Positions 39,509 to 50,107 of a DNA stretch of 64,000 nt are shown here, piece by piece. The stretch spans positions 372,001 through 436,000 of the forward strand of contig CP070758.1 of assembly GCA_020348925.1 (NCBI GenBank). Reading direction: 5' to 3'. The stretch is from Gemmatimonadota bacterium. Lineage in GTDB: Bacteria; JBHIER01; G020348925. Every line of letters starts with the position of its first letter. The stretch's first letter is position 1. A model generated the notes under the pieces. That model was not told the DNA's origin. It ran no database searches and worked only from the letters and a program-made list of their open reading frames with translations. The position numbers and the translations under genes were made by a program.

Positions 39509-40249
39509 ATGAAACATCTTCGGTGGCAAATAGTTCTGGGTATTGTGTTGGTCGTTTTGTCTGCGCTCATATATGTGATTCATTTTTTCATCTTCAAGGA
39601 TTCTCATCATATCTTTATTTATATGGTCGGAGACATAGCCTTTGTTCCCGTTGAGGTATTGCTCGTCACTCTGATCATACATCGATTGCTGGGCGAACGA
39701 GAGAAACGACACAAATTGGAAAAACTGAACATGGTCATAGGAGCATTCTTCAGCGAAGTGGGGACAAGGCTCCTTGTCTCTTTTTCGGACTTTGATCCGA
39801 ATTTGGATAACATCAGAAACAATCTCATAATAACCGGCGAATGGTCTGATAAAGAGTTCACAGCGGTGAGCGGACGTCTTAAAAACTATGGATATTCTGT
39901 CGAAATTGATAAATTCAACCTTGAGGAACTCAAAATTTTTCTTATAGAAAAGAGAGATTTTCTCGTGCGACTGTTGGAAAATCCGAACCTCCTGGAACAC
40001 GAATCCTTCACCGGTCTTCTCAGGGCCGTCTTTCATCTGACCGAGGAACTGGAATGCCGAGACGATGTCCGGGCATTGCAGGATTCGGATTGTCAGCATA
40101 TCGCGGGTGACATAAGAAGAGCATACGTCTTGTTGGTACATCAGTGGCTGGACTACATGAAGTATCTGAAAAACAACTATCCGTTTCTTTTCTCGCTGGC
40201 GATGAGGACGAATCCCTTTGACCAGAGCGCATCGCCAATTGTGAAGTGA
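39509..40249 (+). CDS. Conserved hypothetical membrane protein (two N-terminal TMs)
   Basis: AGGAGG RBS; two hydrophobic segments, then KLNMVIGAFFSEVG...LLENPNLLEHESF..W..YM.YLK..YP.LFSLA.R.NPF. Confidence 0.75.
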   Translation: MKHLRWQIVLGIVLVVLSALIYVIHFFIFKDSHHIFIYMVGDIAFVPVEVLLVTLIIHRLLGEREKRHKLEKLNMVIGAFFSEVGTRLLVSFSDFDPNLDNIRNNLIITGEWSDKEFTAVSGRLKNYGYSVEIDKFNLEELKIFLIEKRDFLVRLLENPNLLEHESFTGLLRAVFHLTEELECRDDVRALQDSDCQHIAGDIRRAYVLLVHQWLDYMKYLKNNYPFLFSLAMRTNPFDQSASPIVK

Positions 40250-40567
40250 GCTTCACTGTTGGTTCAAATTCGTGAGTATTTGTTAAAGCCATGAATCACA
40301 GAAAACATCCTTAAAAAGAAAATCTCTTTTCTGAAGACTGATTTTAAAGAAAATCAACACCGTTTAATACTATACATTTTCTTTGATATTACACTTTTAG
40401 AATTTATTAAAAATCTTAAAAACGTCGAGCTGAAAAGCCAGGTTTTTTACTCAAGTTCGAAGGAGTATTTTTACAAGTCTTTTTTACTGAAAAATGGGTA
40501 GCGAGTTGTTTCAAACCCCTTTAGATTCTCATCAGAAAAACGGTTTTTGTCCACACGTTTCTCTAAG

Positions 40568-41176
40568 CTATGAAACACGGGGTTTTTTGAGGAAATATCG
40601 AAGGAGAAATCCTGCGAGAATAATAAGGATTCCTGTAAGAACAATTCGACTGTATGTGCTGAGAACGGTCTTCACCGCCAACCAATTTGCGCCCACAAAA
40701 ATTCCTGCCGAAATGATGAATCCGTTCCAGACTCCAATGCTGATGATGCTGTAGAGCATCACTTTTCCCCGGGGCATGTTTCCGATGCCGGCGGCCAAGG
40801 CTACGACGGAACGCACCCCTGCAAGAAAACGGTTGGCCAGAACCACTTTGGGACCATATCGTTCGAACCAACCCTCCACCTTTCCCAGCCTTTGAGCGGA
40901 AAGAAACGAGGCCTCCTTTTTGATGAAAAAATTTCTCCCTTTACTCAACCCGAGATAATAAATCACCATGAATCCAGTAAAACTACCCGCCACGGTGGCT
41001 ATATAAACAGGGACTACGCTCAACTCTCCCCGGCCTGCAAGATAGGCGCCAAAGAGCACTACCGTGTCTCCAGGGATAGGAGGGAAGATATTCTCAACAA
41101 AGGCACTGATAAAAAGGAAAGAGTAGGCCATCAGTGGTCCGTGTGTTGAGATGAGATTGAGGAAAAAGTCGACCAA
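40568..41176 (-). CDS. DedA family membrane protein
   Basis: ENIFPPIPGD, FERYG, RFLAGVR. Confidence 0.92.
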   Translation of the reverse strand: MVDFFLNLISTHGPLMAYSFLFISAFVENIFPPIPGDTVVLFGAYLAGRGELSVVPVYIATVAGSFTGFMVIYYLGLSKGRNFFIKKEASFLSAQRLGKVEGWFERYGPKVVLANRFLAGVRSVVALAAGIGNMPRGKVMLYSIISIGVWNGFIISAGIFVGANWLAVKTVLSTYSRIVLTGILIILAGFLLRYFLKKPRVS

Positions 41177-41207
41177 TGTTTAAAGACCGGACGATAAATT
41201 TATTTCT

Positions 41208-41299
41208 CTTGTTCCCAAACTCAGTTTGGAAACACAAATGAAGTGGAAAACTGAGTTTCCCTTCTACTCTCCGTTCCTAAACAGGAATTTGAGAGCCAG
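41208..41299. repeat. REP-like palindromic element (GTTCCCAAAC..GTTTGGGAAC type), degenerate
   Basis: gttcccaaac-tca-gtttggaaac, internal ggaaaactgagtttcc, and a second degenerate arm cgttcctaaacaggaatttgagag. Confidence 0.55.
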
Positions 41300-41391
41300 T
41301 GTAGAAACCTCTTTCAGGACCAAAATGACTTCGATAATATGAAAAAATCCAAAGTCCTCTACTATGAATCCCGGGGTTCAGTAATCTTTAC

Positions 41392-41865
41392 TCAATCCTT
41401 TTCAACCAAGGCAATCGCATAAGCCACCATACCCAATCCTTGACCAGAAAACCCCAATCCTTCGGTCGTACTTGCCTTTATTGATACTTTCGAAACTTCG
41501 ATCTTGAGGGAGTTGGCGATGTTCTGTCTCATGAGGGGGATATGGGGAGCCATAATCGGCTCTTGAGCAACTATTGTTGTGTCAATATTTTCAACGGTGA
41601 ATTTTTCATCAATAAGAAGTTTCGACACTTTTTCAAGGAAAACGAGACTGGATATGTTTGTATACCTGGGATCAGAGTCAGGGAAATGTTGACCTATATC
41701 CCCCAATGCCGCAGCCCCTAAAAGAGCGTCGCAGATAGCATGGCACAGGACGTCGGCATCGGAATGGCCGGAAAGCCCTTTTTCAAAAGGAATGGTAACT
41801 CCGCCCAGAACGAGGGTTCGTCCTTCGACAAGTTTGTGAACATCATATCCGAAACCAATACGCAC
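41392..41865 (-). CDS. ispF: 2-C-methyl-D-erythritol 2,4-cyclodiphosphate synthase
   Basis: [46 protein letters not shown]. Confidence 0.98.
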   Translation of the reverse strand: MRIGFGYDVHKLVEGRTLVLGGVTIPFEKGLSGHSDADVLCHAICDALLGAAALGDIGQHFPDSDPRYTNISSLVFLEKVSKLLIDEKFTVENIDTTIVAQEPIMAPHIPLMRQNIANSLKIEVSKVSIKASTTEGLGFSGQGLGMVAYAIALVEKD

Positions 41866-42554
41866 TATCCTCTCCTCTGCACCAAGATCTTTTCCGCCAA
41901 ATAGAGGTCTTCCTGCGTGGTAATTTTAATATTATCGTACGATCCTTCGAGAATCTTTACTTTACCCCCCAATCTCTCCACCAACGAGGCATCGTCCGTT
42001 CCCCAGAATTGATCCCCGTATGCTTTTTCGTAAGCTTTCATAATTAAATCATACGAAAACGTCTGAGGTGTTTGCACCATCCATAATTTTGATCGATCCA
42101 GAGTTGCGATGATGAATCCGGCTTCTCCCCTCTTGATGGTATCCTTCGGAGGGATGGCCGCGATCACAGCCTGATGCTCTTGACACAGTTCAATCGAACG
42201 AGCGATCAATTCAACCCTCACGAAAGGCCGTACGCCGTCATGGATCACAACGATATCGCAGCCATCACTCACCGCTCTGAGACCATTGTAGACCGAATCC
42301 TGGCGCTGTTCACCTCCGCCAACGACCTTTTTCACCTTTTTGTAACCGAAGGCGTCGACAATCTCAGAAGAACACCAGCTCACCTTGTCCTCTGAAATGA
42401 CCACTATTATATGGTCCACGGAACCGCAATTCTCGAAGACGTCAAGCGTGCGTGACAGGATCGGTCGGCCTCTCAAAGGGTAAAAGGGCTTGTGAATCTC
42501 ACTTTTCAGGCGAGTTCCTTTTCCAGCCGCAGGAATGATGGCGACTACGCTCAT
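41865..42554 (-). CDS. ispD: 2-C-methyl-D-erythritol 4-phosphate cytidylyltransferase
   Basis: [43 protein letters not shown]. Confidence 0.98.
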   Translation of the reverse strand: MSVVAIIPAAGKGTRLKSEIHKPFYPLRGRPILSRTLDVFENCGSVDHIIVVISEDKVSWCSSEIVDAFGYKKVKKVVGGGEQRQDSVYNGLRAVSDGCDIVVIHDGVRPFVRVELIARSIELCQEHQAVIAAIPPKDTIKRGEAGFIIATLDRSKLWMVQTPQTFSYDLIMKAYEKAYGDQFWGTDDASLVERLGGKVKILEGSYDNIKITTQEDLYLAEKILVQRRG

Positions 42555-42575
42555 TCAGCAATCCCTTAAGGAAAG

Positions 42576-42664
42576 GGGTTGAGGATTCCAGGATTCGAGG
42601 GTTCGAGAGATGTTCGAATCTGTCTTTTACTCGGTCCTTCGGCTCCTCGAATCCCGGGACCCTC
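42576..42664. repeat. Short octamer-repeat inverted element
   Basis: gaggattc-caggattc-gagggttc-gag facing ctcggtcc-ttcggctc-ctcgaatc-ccgggaccctc. Confidence 0.5.
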
Positions 42665-43694
42665 AAAGTATCAACATGGCATCGCCGTAACTGTAGAATC
42701 GATACCTTTGTTCAATCGCCTTCTGATATGCCTCCAGAATGAATTCCCTGTCGGCAAAAGCGCTCACGAGCATGATTAAAGTCGAGCGGGGCAGGTGGAA
42801 GTTCGTCACAAGGCAATTGACAATACGAAAGGGAAATGGTGGATAAATATACATGTCCGTCCACCCTGTCCTATGAACAAGACGACCTCCACTGTCCACA
42901 GCAGTTTCCAGGGCTTTCACCGTCGTCGTCCCAATGGCCATAATCCTCGCCTTTTTCTTTTTCGCTCTATTTATGATCTCTGCCGTTTCAGTGGATATCT
43001 CGAAATATTCGGCTTCCATGGGATATTCCCGAGGATCATCCGTCGTCACCGGGCGAAAGGTTCCGGGTCCCACGTGAAGAAGAATAGGTACAATATGCAC
43101 GTGCTTCCGCTTTATTGTCCCCAACAAATCATCGGTGAAGTGGAGACCGGCTGTCGGAGCAGCAACTGCCCCCGGAATCTTAGCATAGACCGTCTGGTAC
43201 CTGATCCGGTCCGTATCGACAGGTTCACGTTTGACATAAGGAGGAAGGGGGACCTCGCCCCAGTTTGTTATCAACTCCTCAATGTCCACACCTTCTTCAA
43301 ACTGGATCAGGCGTTTTCCGTCATTCATCCGATCAACGATCTCTCCGGTAAAAGCATCCGCCCCAAAGCTCACGCGTAATCCCTTCTGAGTCCTTCTGCC
43401 GGGTTGAACCAGTGCCTCCCAGAGACCTTTTTTCTGCTCCCTCAGAAGGAAGATTTCAACTGTTCCGCCGGTCGGAATGCGTTTCCCCCTCAATCGGGCC
43501 GGGAAAACCTTCGTCTCGTTGACGACAAGGCAATCGCCTGCATTGAGGTATTCGACGATGTCTCGAAAACGCCGATGCTCGATGCTTTTCCTCGGTCGAT
43601 CAAGCACCATGAGCCGCGACTCATCGCGCTTCACCGCAGGGAACTGGGCGATGAGCTCCTGGGGCAACTGATAATCGAAATCCGATGTTTTCAT
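42663..43694 (-). CDS. queA: S-adenosylmethionine:tRNA ribosyltransferase-isomerase
   Basis: DFDYQLPQELIAQ, PLPPY, YQTVYA, GAVAAPTAGLHF, LHVGPGTF, TNFHLP, YRFYSYGDAM. Confidence 0.98.
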   Translation of the reverse strand: MKTSDFDYQLPQELIAQFPAVKRDESRLMVLDRPRKSIEHRRFRDIVEYLNAGDCLVVNETKVFPARLRGKRIPTGGTVEIFLLREQKKGLWEALVQPGRRTQKGLRVSFGADAFTGEIVDRMNDGKRLIQFEEGVDIEELITNWGEVPLPPYVKREPVDTDRIRYQTVYAKIPGAVAAPTAGLHFTDDLLGTIKRKHVHIVPILLHVGPGTFRPVTTDDPREYPMEAEYFEISTETAEIINRAKKKKARIMAIGTTTVKALETAVDSGGRLVHRTGWTDMYIYPPFPFRIVNCLVTNFHLPRSTLIMLVSAFADREFILEAYQKAIEQRYRFYSYGDAMLIL

Positions 43695-43695
43695 C

Positions 43696-43920
43696 TCATC
43701 GTCTCAGAAAAATGTTGAGAAGAACGGTCAGTAGGACGCTTAAAATCAGGCACGTCATGATAGGAAAGTGGAAGCTAAAACCGGGTTTGTGGATATGAAT
43801 ATCTCCAGGGAGTCGGCCTAAAAAAGGAACCTTTCCTGCGAGAAGAAGAGCAGCACCGAGAAGGGTTAACAGCAATCCTGCGAAGAGAATAATTTTTCCA
43901 AAACCGGAAATATCCATCAT
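43696..43920 (-). CDS. DUF2905 family membrane protein
   Basis: LGRLPGDI...FHFPIMTCLILS; usual ruvB-queA context. Confidence 0.9.
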   Translation of the reverse strand: MMDISGFGKIILFAGLLLTLLGAALLLAGKVPFLGRLPGDIHIHKPGFSFHFPIMTCLILSVLLTVLLNIFLRR

Positions 43921-43932
43921 TGATAAACACCT

Positions 43933-44955
43933 TTAGAACAATTTCTCCTGCAGGCCCTCTGCCGGTGAGAGGTTGAAGTGTTTGTAAGCCAATCCTGTCG
44001 CCTCCCGACCTCGAGGTGTGCGGTTGATAAAGCCCTCTTGAATAAGGTAGGGCTCGTACACCTCCTCAATCGTATCGCTCTCCTCGCCGACAGCGACAGC
44101 AATCGTGTTGATACCGACAGGACCCCCGTTAAACTTTTCGATAATAGTCCGGAGAATCCTTTTGTCCATTTCATCCAAACCCACCTCATCCACCTCCAGC
44201 ATCTCGAGAGCCTCTCTGGCCACACCCTCCGTGATTTTTCCGTCAGCTCTCACCTGGGCGAAATCCCTCGTTCTGCGTAACAGTCGGTTCGCGATCCGAG
44301 GTGTACCGCGCGCCCGCTTGGCGATTTCCATGGCGCCTCCATCGTCGATATCCACTCCGAGGATCCGTGCCGAACGCCCAAGAATTTGAAAGAGCTCCCC
44401 CGGAGAATAGAACCCAAGCCGATTTGTCACTCCAAACCTGGCCCGCATCGGCGACGTAATGAGGCCGGCGCGTGTCGTCGCCCCAATGAGGGTAAAACGC
44501 TGAATGTTCAGTTTGATCGACCTGGCGCTCGGACCCTTATCGATCATAATATCCAAAGCATAGTCTTCCATTGCCGGATAGAGGTATTCCTCGACGACAT
44601 GGTTCAAACGATGGATCTCATCGATAAAAAGAACATCGAATTCCTTGAGGTTGGTCAGAATTCCAGCCAGATCTCCAGGGCGTTCTAAAACCGGACCAGA
44701 CGTCGCTTTGATGTCAACATCCAACTCCTTGGCAATAATATGGGCTAAGGTCGTCTTGCCCAGTCCGGGCGGACCGTAGAAAAGAACATGATCTAACGCT
44801 TCACTCCGCTCTTTGGTCGCCTGAATGAAGATGCGCATGTTTTCCTTTATTTTGTCCTGTCCGACAAAATCCTCGAACCGGCTAGGTCGTAACGAACGTT
44901 CAAATTCGAAATCATCGTCAAAGCCCTCGGGTGCCGTTATGCGCAGCCTCACCAC
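43933..44955 (-). CDS. ruvB: Holliday junction branch migration helicase RuvB
   Basis: [51 protein letters not shown]. Confidence 0.99.
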   Translation of the reverse strand: MVRLRITAPEGFDDDFEFERSLRPSRFEDFVGQDKIKENMRIFIQATKERSEALDHVLFYGPPGLGKTTLAHIIAKELDVDIKATSGPVLERPGDLAGILTNLKEFDVLFIDEIHRLNHVVEEYLYPAMEDYALDIMIDKGPSARSIKLNIQRFTLIGATTRAGLITSPMRARFGVTNRLGFYSPGELFQILGRSARILGVDIDDGGAMEIAKRARGTPRIANRLLRRTRDFAQVRADGKITEGVAREALEMLEVDEVGLDEMDKRILRTIIEKFNGGPVGINTIAVAVGEESDTIEEVYEPYLIQEGFINRTPRGREATGLAYKHFNLSPAEGLQEKLF

Positions 44956-45097
44956 CTCCTCAAAATAAGTTCTTTCACGTCAAATCTACCGGTCTATAAT
45001 AATTCTTTTTCAAAATCTTCTTCTTTCCTCGAAACTCCTTGGCTCCAGCACGCATCTTCTCATTTCTGAAACGTGCCGCTGTCGAGGTGTCCCTCTC

Positions 45098-45613
45098 TTA
45101 TCGTGAGACAGAATTTAGAGCGTCGATAAGATTTTTCGCATCGAAGCCTAGTCTCTGGGCCTCTTGCGCCTCTTTCCAGGCGAGATCGTATTGCTTTGTC
45201 TCGTAGTACGTCGCACCCAAATTATAGTGCGCTTCCGGCATGTTGGGATTTATGCTCAATGCTTTCTTGTAAGACGAAATTGCCTGGTTGAAGGAACGTC
45301 GGTCGTAGTATAGAGAGGCTAAGTTATAATGGGCTTCACCAAGATTCGGATCCAATCTGATAGCCTCATTGTATTCTTGTATCGCCAGATCCTGTTGATT
45401 GTCTTTGGAATATGCCAAACCAAGGTTGTTATGTGCCGAGGCCCAATCCGGCTTTCTCTTAATGGCCTTCTGATACTCCTCTATGGCTTCGGCATAAAGA
45501 CCTTGTTCAAAAAGCATATCACCCTGATCAAAGTGTTTCTGGGGATTTTCTCCACAACCGATCCAGAGGATCAGGGACATGGCCAGAAACAGGTCAAGAA
45601 CGTCGATTTTCAT
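45098..45613 (-). CDS. TPR-repeat (lipo)protein
   Basis: Lipobox-like IGC after a hydrophobic stretch; repeats AHNNLG, AHYNLA, AHYNLG. Confidence 0.85.
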   Translation of the reverse strand: MKIDVLDLFLAMSLILWIGCGENPQKHFDQGDMLFEQGLYAEAIEEYQKAIKRKPDWASAHNNLGLAYSKDNQQDLAIQEYNEAIRLDPNLGEAHYNLASLYYDRRSFNQAISSYKKALSINPNMPEAHYNLGATYYETKQYDLAWKEAQEAQRLGFDAKNLIDALNSVSR

Positions 45614-46005
45614 GGGATCCCCTCTTTGCTGAGTGCCTTCCTCAAAAACAGTTTCTTTATATTTACTGAGACCTACGCAAAGAATCTCTGGCAGGATACT
45701 CCTCATGAGATAAAAATTTCTCATCCCTGCTCCTTGCATACCAAATGCAACACAAACTGTTATGGAACGCAGGGTCTATCCCACGTGTTGAGAGAAGCCT
45801 CGTACCTTTAAAAATGCAAAGAGCAATAATATGCTGAAGCATCCAGAGTAAAATCGCAGATACAATCTAAGCCACCTCTTTGAGAAAGTCAAGGTTTTTG
45901 ACCGTTGACAATAGCCCCCTGAACGATTACATTTGATAATGCATTCAGCTGCTTTCGTCCCTCTGCGATAACAGGCAGAAAGTGGCCAGGGAAAAAGGAG
46001 CGGAA

Positions 46006-46284
46006 ATGAAATCGAGAGCACATATCTTTGTGAGCGGCGTTGTTCAAGGAGTATATTATAGAGATTTTACTCAATCGCATGCCACCGCCATGGAACTGAC
46101 GGGTTGGGTGAGAAACATAGATGACGGGCGTGTTGAAATAACGGTCGAGGGCGAAAGGGATAGGATCGATCATCTGGTCGAACGATTGCGATCTGGACCG
46201 CCGGCATCCAGAGTCGATGATGTTCAGGTGGACTGGGAGGAATACTCGGGTGGATTCTCAAATTTTCAAGTCCGATACTCTTGA
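46006..46284 (+). CDS. acyP: Acylphosphatase
   Basis: VSGVVQGVYYR, GWVRN..DGRVE, GPPASRV. Confidence 0.95.
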   Translation: MKSRAHIFVSGVVQGVYYRDFTQSHATAMELTGWVRNIDDGRVEITVEGERDRIDHLVERLRSGPPASRVDDVQVDWEEYSGGFSNFQVRYS

Positions 46285-46620
46285 AAACGGTGCAGTGTCC
46301 GCAAGAGATGAATTTCCTTCCCCAGAAACATTTTGGCCGATTCGGGTGTCTTATTTTAGAGAACATAGGCAGGCAAATGGGGTAAAACGTCTACCCTTTT
46401 TTTGTCTGCGGTGAAAAAAATTGCGAAGGGATAGATCACAATTCCTTCTGTTTCGGAAGCACGAAGTACGTATGCTCTTATGAAAGTATATTTATCGATT
46501 TGAGAAAAATCGAGTACAGGAATCTTCAGGCCCTGATACACAACTTTAGACGAAACAGAGGAACTTCGAACATAGGAAGAATAGGACTGCGTCATTCTCT
46601 CTATCATGGAGGTGAGGGTA

Positions 46621-48360
46621 ATGCAAAAGAGCCCGAAAAAGCACTTTTCGAATCTCTTGGGAATCATAACATTCATGGAAATCCTTCTTGTCTGTGGTGT
46701 CGGCGCAAGTGACGCTCAGAAAAACGTTGTGGACATCCGAAACATTGGCCATCGAAACTGGAAAATGGAAACATTCTCTATCGATAAGAAACTGGATCTC
46801 AATATTGAAGCCCGTGGAGCTGGCGACCGCTGGCATGATTATATGTACGCATACGCATGGATTTTAGATGCTCAGAGCAGGGATGTCGTCTGGGAGATGA
46901 ACCTTGACAATACGCATGAGCGATCACGCCGCAGGGAGTTGGAATATGAGGGTTCTCTGACACTCCCGGAAGGCGATTATGAGGTTTACTTTGCCATTTC
47001 TCCCTTTAACTATAAGGACATTCACATAGAGGGATTGGGAGAACTCCTTGACGGACTTTTCCGGGGTTTTAAAGAGAAGCGCTACTCCAGAGACTGGGGG
47101 ATCACGATTGAAGTGCAGAATGAAAAAGACATGAAGTATGTTCATGAGTACGATCCAAAACGACGAGACGAAAGAGTGATCGTTCAGATGACTCGCATGG
47201 ATGACGACGAGATTCGAAAAGAGGGCTTTCGCTTGAAAGAACCAATGACTGTCAGAGTGTATGCCATAGGTGAAGGGAGTCGAAGCGATCGCGAAATGTA
47301 TGACTATGGTTGGATCGTGGATACCAAAACACGTGAACGAATCTGGGAGATGACACCCAGAAATACAGATCATTCTGGTGGAGCTGATAAGAACCTCCAG
47401 TATGATGATGAGATTACGCTCTCAGCTGGAAGTTATATGGTCTACTATGTCACGGATGGTTCTCACTCCTATGAGAGGTGGAACGCCCAACCACCCTACG
47501 ATCCCACTCACTGGGGTATAACACTCTGGGGGGCACGTTCGGATTTCAGCCCTCAATATATCGTTCCGTACGAAGAGTCGGAGGAGAGAACGCCTGTCGT
47601 GGAGATAATCCGAATGCGAGATGACGAATTTGAAAGTCATGGATTCACTCTCACAAGACCGGGCAATCTTCACATTTACGCTTTTGGCGAATACAGCAGC
47701 GGCCGGTTTTTTGATTACGGAGGTATTATTGACGCTCAAACAAGAGTTAAGGTCTGGGATATGACACGCTGGAATACAAGACATGCAGGGGGCGCTGAAA
47801 AGAACCGGCTTTTCGACGACATCGTCCACTTTGAAGCCGGAGACTACATCGTTTACTATATCACCGATGGCTCTCACGCCTATCGTTCCTGGAATGCGGG
47901 TCCCCCCTACGACCCGGAATCTTGGGGAATTACGATTTGGGCTACGGATGACGGCTTCACTCAGGATGATGTCCTTGAATATCGCGAGCGTGAGGACCCT
48001 GACATTCTCGTGAACCTCACGAGCCTTGGTAATAGGGAACGCCGGAGAGATCGTTTCTACCTGGATAAAACGACAAAGATCCGTGTTCACGCCATAGGTG
48101 AAGGTGACCGAGACGAGATGTACGATTACGGCTGGATCGAAGATGATCGAGGACGCATCGTCTGGGAGATGACCTATAGGAACACTGAACACGCTGGAGG
48201 TGCTCGCAAAAATAGACTTTTCAATGATACAATAATTTTAGAGACTGGAGATTACGAAGTACACTTCGTAACCGACGGCTCTCATTCCTTTGAAAAATGG
48301 AATTCAAATCCTCCTGATGATCCATTCCACTGGGGAATCATTGTGATGAAGGAGGATTAG
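46621..48360 (+). CDS. Secreted hypothetical protein of four tandem ~140-aa repeats
   Basis: Repeating YDYGWI..WEMT..NT.HAGGA.KN..G.Y.VYY.TDGSHS..WN..PP.DP..WGIT; GGAGG RBS. Confidence 0.8.
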   Translation: MQKSPKKHFSNLLGIITFMEILLVCGVGASDAQKNVVDIRNIGHRNWKMETFSIDKKLDLNIEARGAGDRWHDYMYAYAWILDAQSRDVVWEMNLDNTHERSRRRELEYEGSLTLPEGDYEVYFAISPFNYKDIHIEGLGELLDGLFRGFKEKRYSRDWGITIEVQNEKDMKYVHEYDPKRRDERVIVQMTRMDDDEIRKEGFRLKEPMTVRVYAIGEGSRSDREMYDYGWIVDTKTRERIWEMTPRNTDHSGGADKNLQYDDEITLSAGSYMVYYVTDGSHSYERWNAQPPYDPTHWGITLWGARSDFSPQYIVPYEESEERTPVVEIIRMRDDEFESHGFTLTRPGNLHIYAFGEYSSGRFFDYGGIIDAQTRVKVWDMTRWNTRHAGGAEKNRLFDDIVHFEAGDYIVYYITDGSHAYRSWNAGPPYDPESWGITIWATDDGFTQDDVLEYREREDPDILVNLTSLGNRERRRDRFYLDKTTKIRVHAIGEGDRDEMYDYGWIEDDRGRIVWEMTYRNTEHAGGARKNRLFNDTIILETGDYEVHFVTDGSHSFEKWNSNPPDDPFHWGIIVMKED

Positions 48361-48446
48361 ATCAGAAGGTCCCTGCAGCCAGAATAGTCCTCGAAATATC
48401 TTGGGAAAAGAGCCATGCCTTGATTAACCGCACTCAAAAAACTTTC

Positions 48447-49427
48447 TCATTGACTCTTATACAGCCGAAATATCTGCCTCAACATTTCACTCTTCTTGTG
48501 TAACATTTCATCCTTTGACGAACACGGAACCACTCCTGCACCAGCGCCTTTGTGACCGCTTCCGATATTGAGAAGACGCATAATTTCCCCGACGTCTTTC
48601 GTATGTTCCATTGCCTTTATGTTCAAACTGAGAGACATAGAGAAGCTAAGATCCTTTGTCTTTGTGTCTCGGTGAAATATATTCTTTACCTCAACAATTC
48701 CTTCTGCCTCAGGATAGAGCAAATAAGCCAGGTTCTTTTGTGTTTTGAATTGTCTTTTGTGATGCGTTACATCAATAACAATGAGAGATCGATCCTCATC
48801 TTCAGAGAGAAAGGTGACATCTTTTCGAATTTGACTCAACATGATTTTCTCTTCTCTCTGAAATTGTGCATACCTATCCATCACTTCATGTCTTTCGGCA
48901 ACTTCAGTGATGTTTTTCGTCCTCAAAAGATCAATGAGATGTTTTATATAATCCCATCTTTCATGTGTCGAGGTTTTCTGCAACTTAAGGGTGCCGTCAA
49001 TAATTTTGCCGGGTGTCTCTCTCCTCCAATCATCGATACTTGAATAGCCGAAAGAATCGATCACATCGGCCTCATCAATCTTTGGGATAAAATGATGAGG
49101 GATTTCGGTTTTTTCGGAAAAGTAGTCGAAAACGACTCGCGCACACGAATCCTTTTTGTCAAACCTCCCATCGATAGAGGCAGGGTTAATACCCCTGGAT
49201 TTCACATCTTCGAGGTTTCCTTCATGATGATCAAACCACAAACCGCATATCAGGGGGTACGGCAAATCACAGACGATATCCCTTTCCGTAATAGATATTC
49301 TTGACTCAATAATTGTTCGGGGTCCGGCAAATCGGACTTCATCAATTCCTAGGACGTACGAACAGACGGTTGCACTGACCAAACCGTCAAAATCGTCATG
49401 GGTGATTATTTTTTCAAACGTTTTCAT
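48447..49427 (-). CDS. DHH-family phosphoesterase (nanoRNase/exopolyphosphatase-like)
   Basis: THDDFDGLVS, DLPY, WFDHH, SCARVV, GSGHKGAG. Confidence 0.85.
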   Translation of the reverse strand: MKTFEKIITHDDFDGLVSATVCSYVLGIDEVRFAGPRTIIESRISITERDIVCDLPYPLICGLWFDHHEGNLEDVKSRGINPASIDGRFDKKDSCARVVFDYFSEKTEIPHHFIPKIDEADVIDSFGYSSIDDWRRETPGKIIDGTLKLQKTSTHERWDYIKHLIDLLRTKNITEVAERHEVMDRYAQFQREEKIMLSQIRKDVTFLSEDEDRSLIVIDVTHHKRQFKTQKNLAYLLYPEAEGIVEVKNIFHRDTKTKDLSFSMSLSLNIKAMEHTKDVGEIMRLLNIGSGHKGAGAGVVPCSSKDEMLHKKSEMLRQIFRLYKSQ

Positions 49428-49739
49428 TGTAGAAGAGGGAAAGAAGAGGCCAATAACTTAACCGTTGTTCTCAAAATCTAAAGCGTGTCATTTGAAAAAG
49501 CCTTCTCTTCTTCCAACATTCATTATTCTTGTATAGTCACAACATTCACCTTCTATGAAGGTTGGTTGCCCGTCCCAATAAAATTCATTACCATTAATGT
49601 ATAAAAAAATTTTCTCGTCATAAAACTTTTTTCACATAAAAATGTTGGAAAAAAAATTAAAGTAATATATATTGTGAAAAATTCTAATAGGGAGTAGTTT
49701 CTGAAAGAGAAACAAACCCATCCAAAGTGTTTTAAGGGA

Positions 49740-49762
49740 TGTGAAATGAAGTTCATTTCACA
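49740..49762. promoter_or_regulatory. Perfect 23-bp palindrome, candidate operator
   Basis: TGTGAAATGAA-G-TTCATTTCACA in the divergent DHH/mutY intergenic region. Confidence 0.5.
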
Positions 49763-50107
49763 CAGAAAGACTGACACACAACAGCGCACTTTAAACGTTA
49801 CACACATCCTTCCTGTAACGAGAGCCTACGCGTCTCTTTTGAATCCACACTCATCTTTGAATACTTATGAAACAAAAAGAGAACGGTTCTTTCCTCAGAA
49901 AAGAATGAAAATGCAAACCCACTCCTTTTTTCCTCTACACAACTTTTCTGCTTTGGTTTTATTTTACGTTCAATCAGTGTTCGAATTTTTCTTGAGAAGA
50001 CCTTCACAAAGAGATCAAGATCTGAGTCGCAAACCAGTTGGAAAAAAAAGAGATACAATTCATGAATATCTCAATGAAGACATTTCGTTCGATGGAGAAC
50101 GTATATA

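Noticed and set aside
39104-40249. Possible selenocysteine read-through from trxA (TGA) into the in-frame downstream ORF
   Set aside because: Thioredoxin is complete with CGPC, a second TGA follows, and the downstream gene has its own AGGAGG RBS. No convincing UGA-Sec gene was seen in the window.
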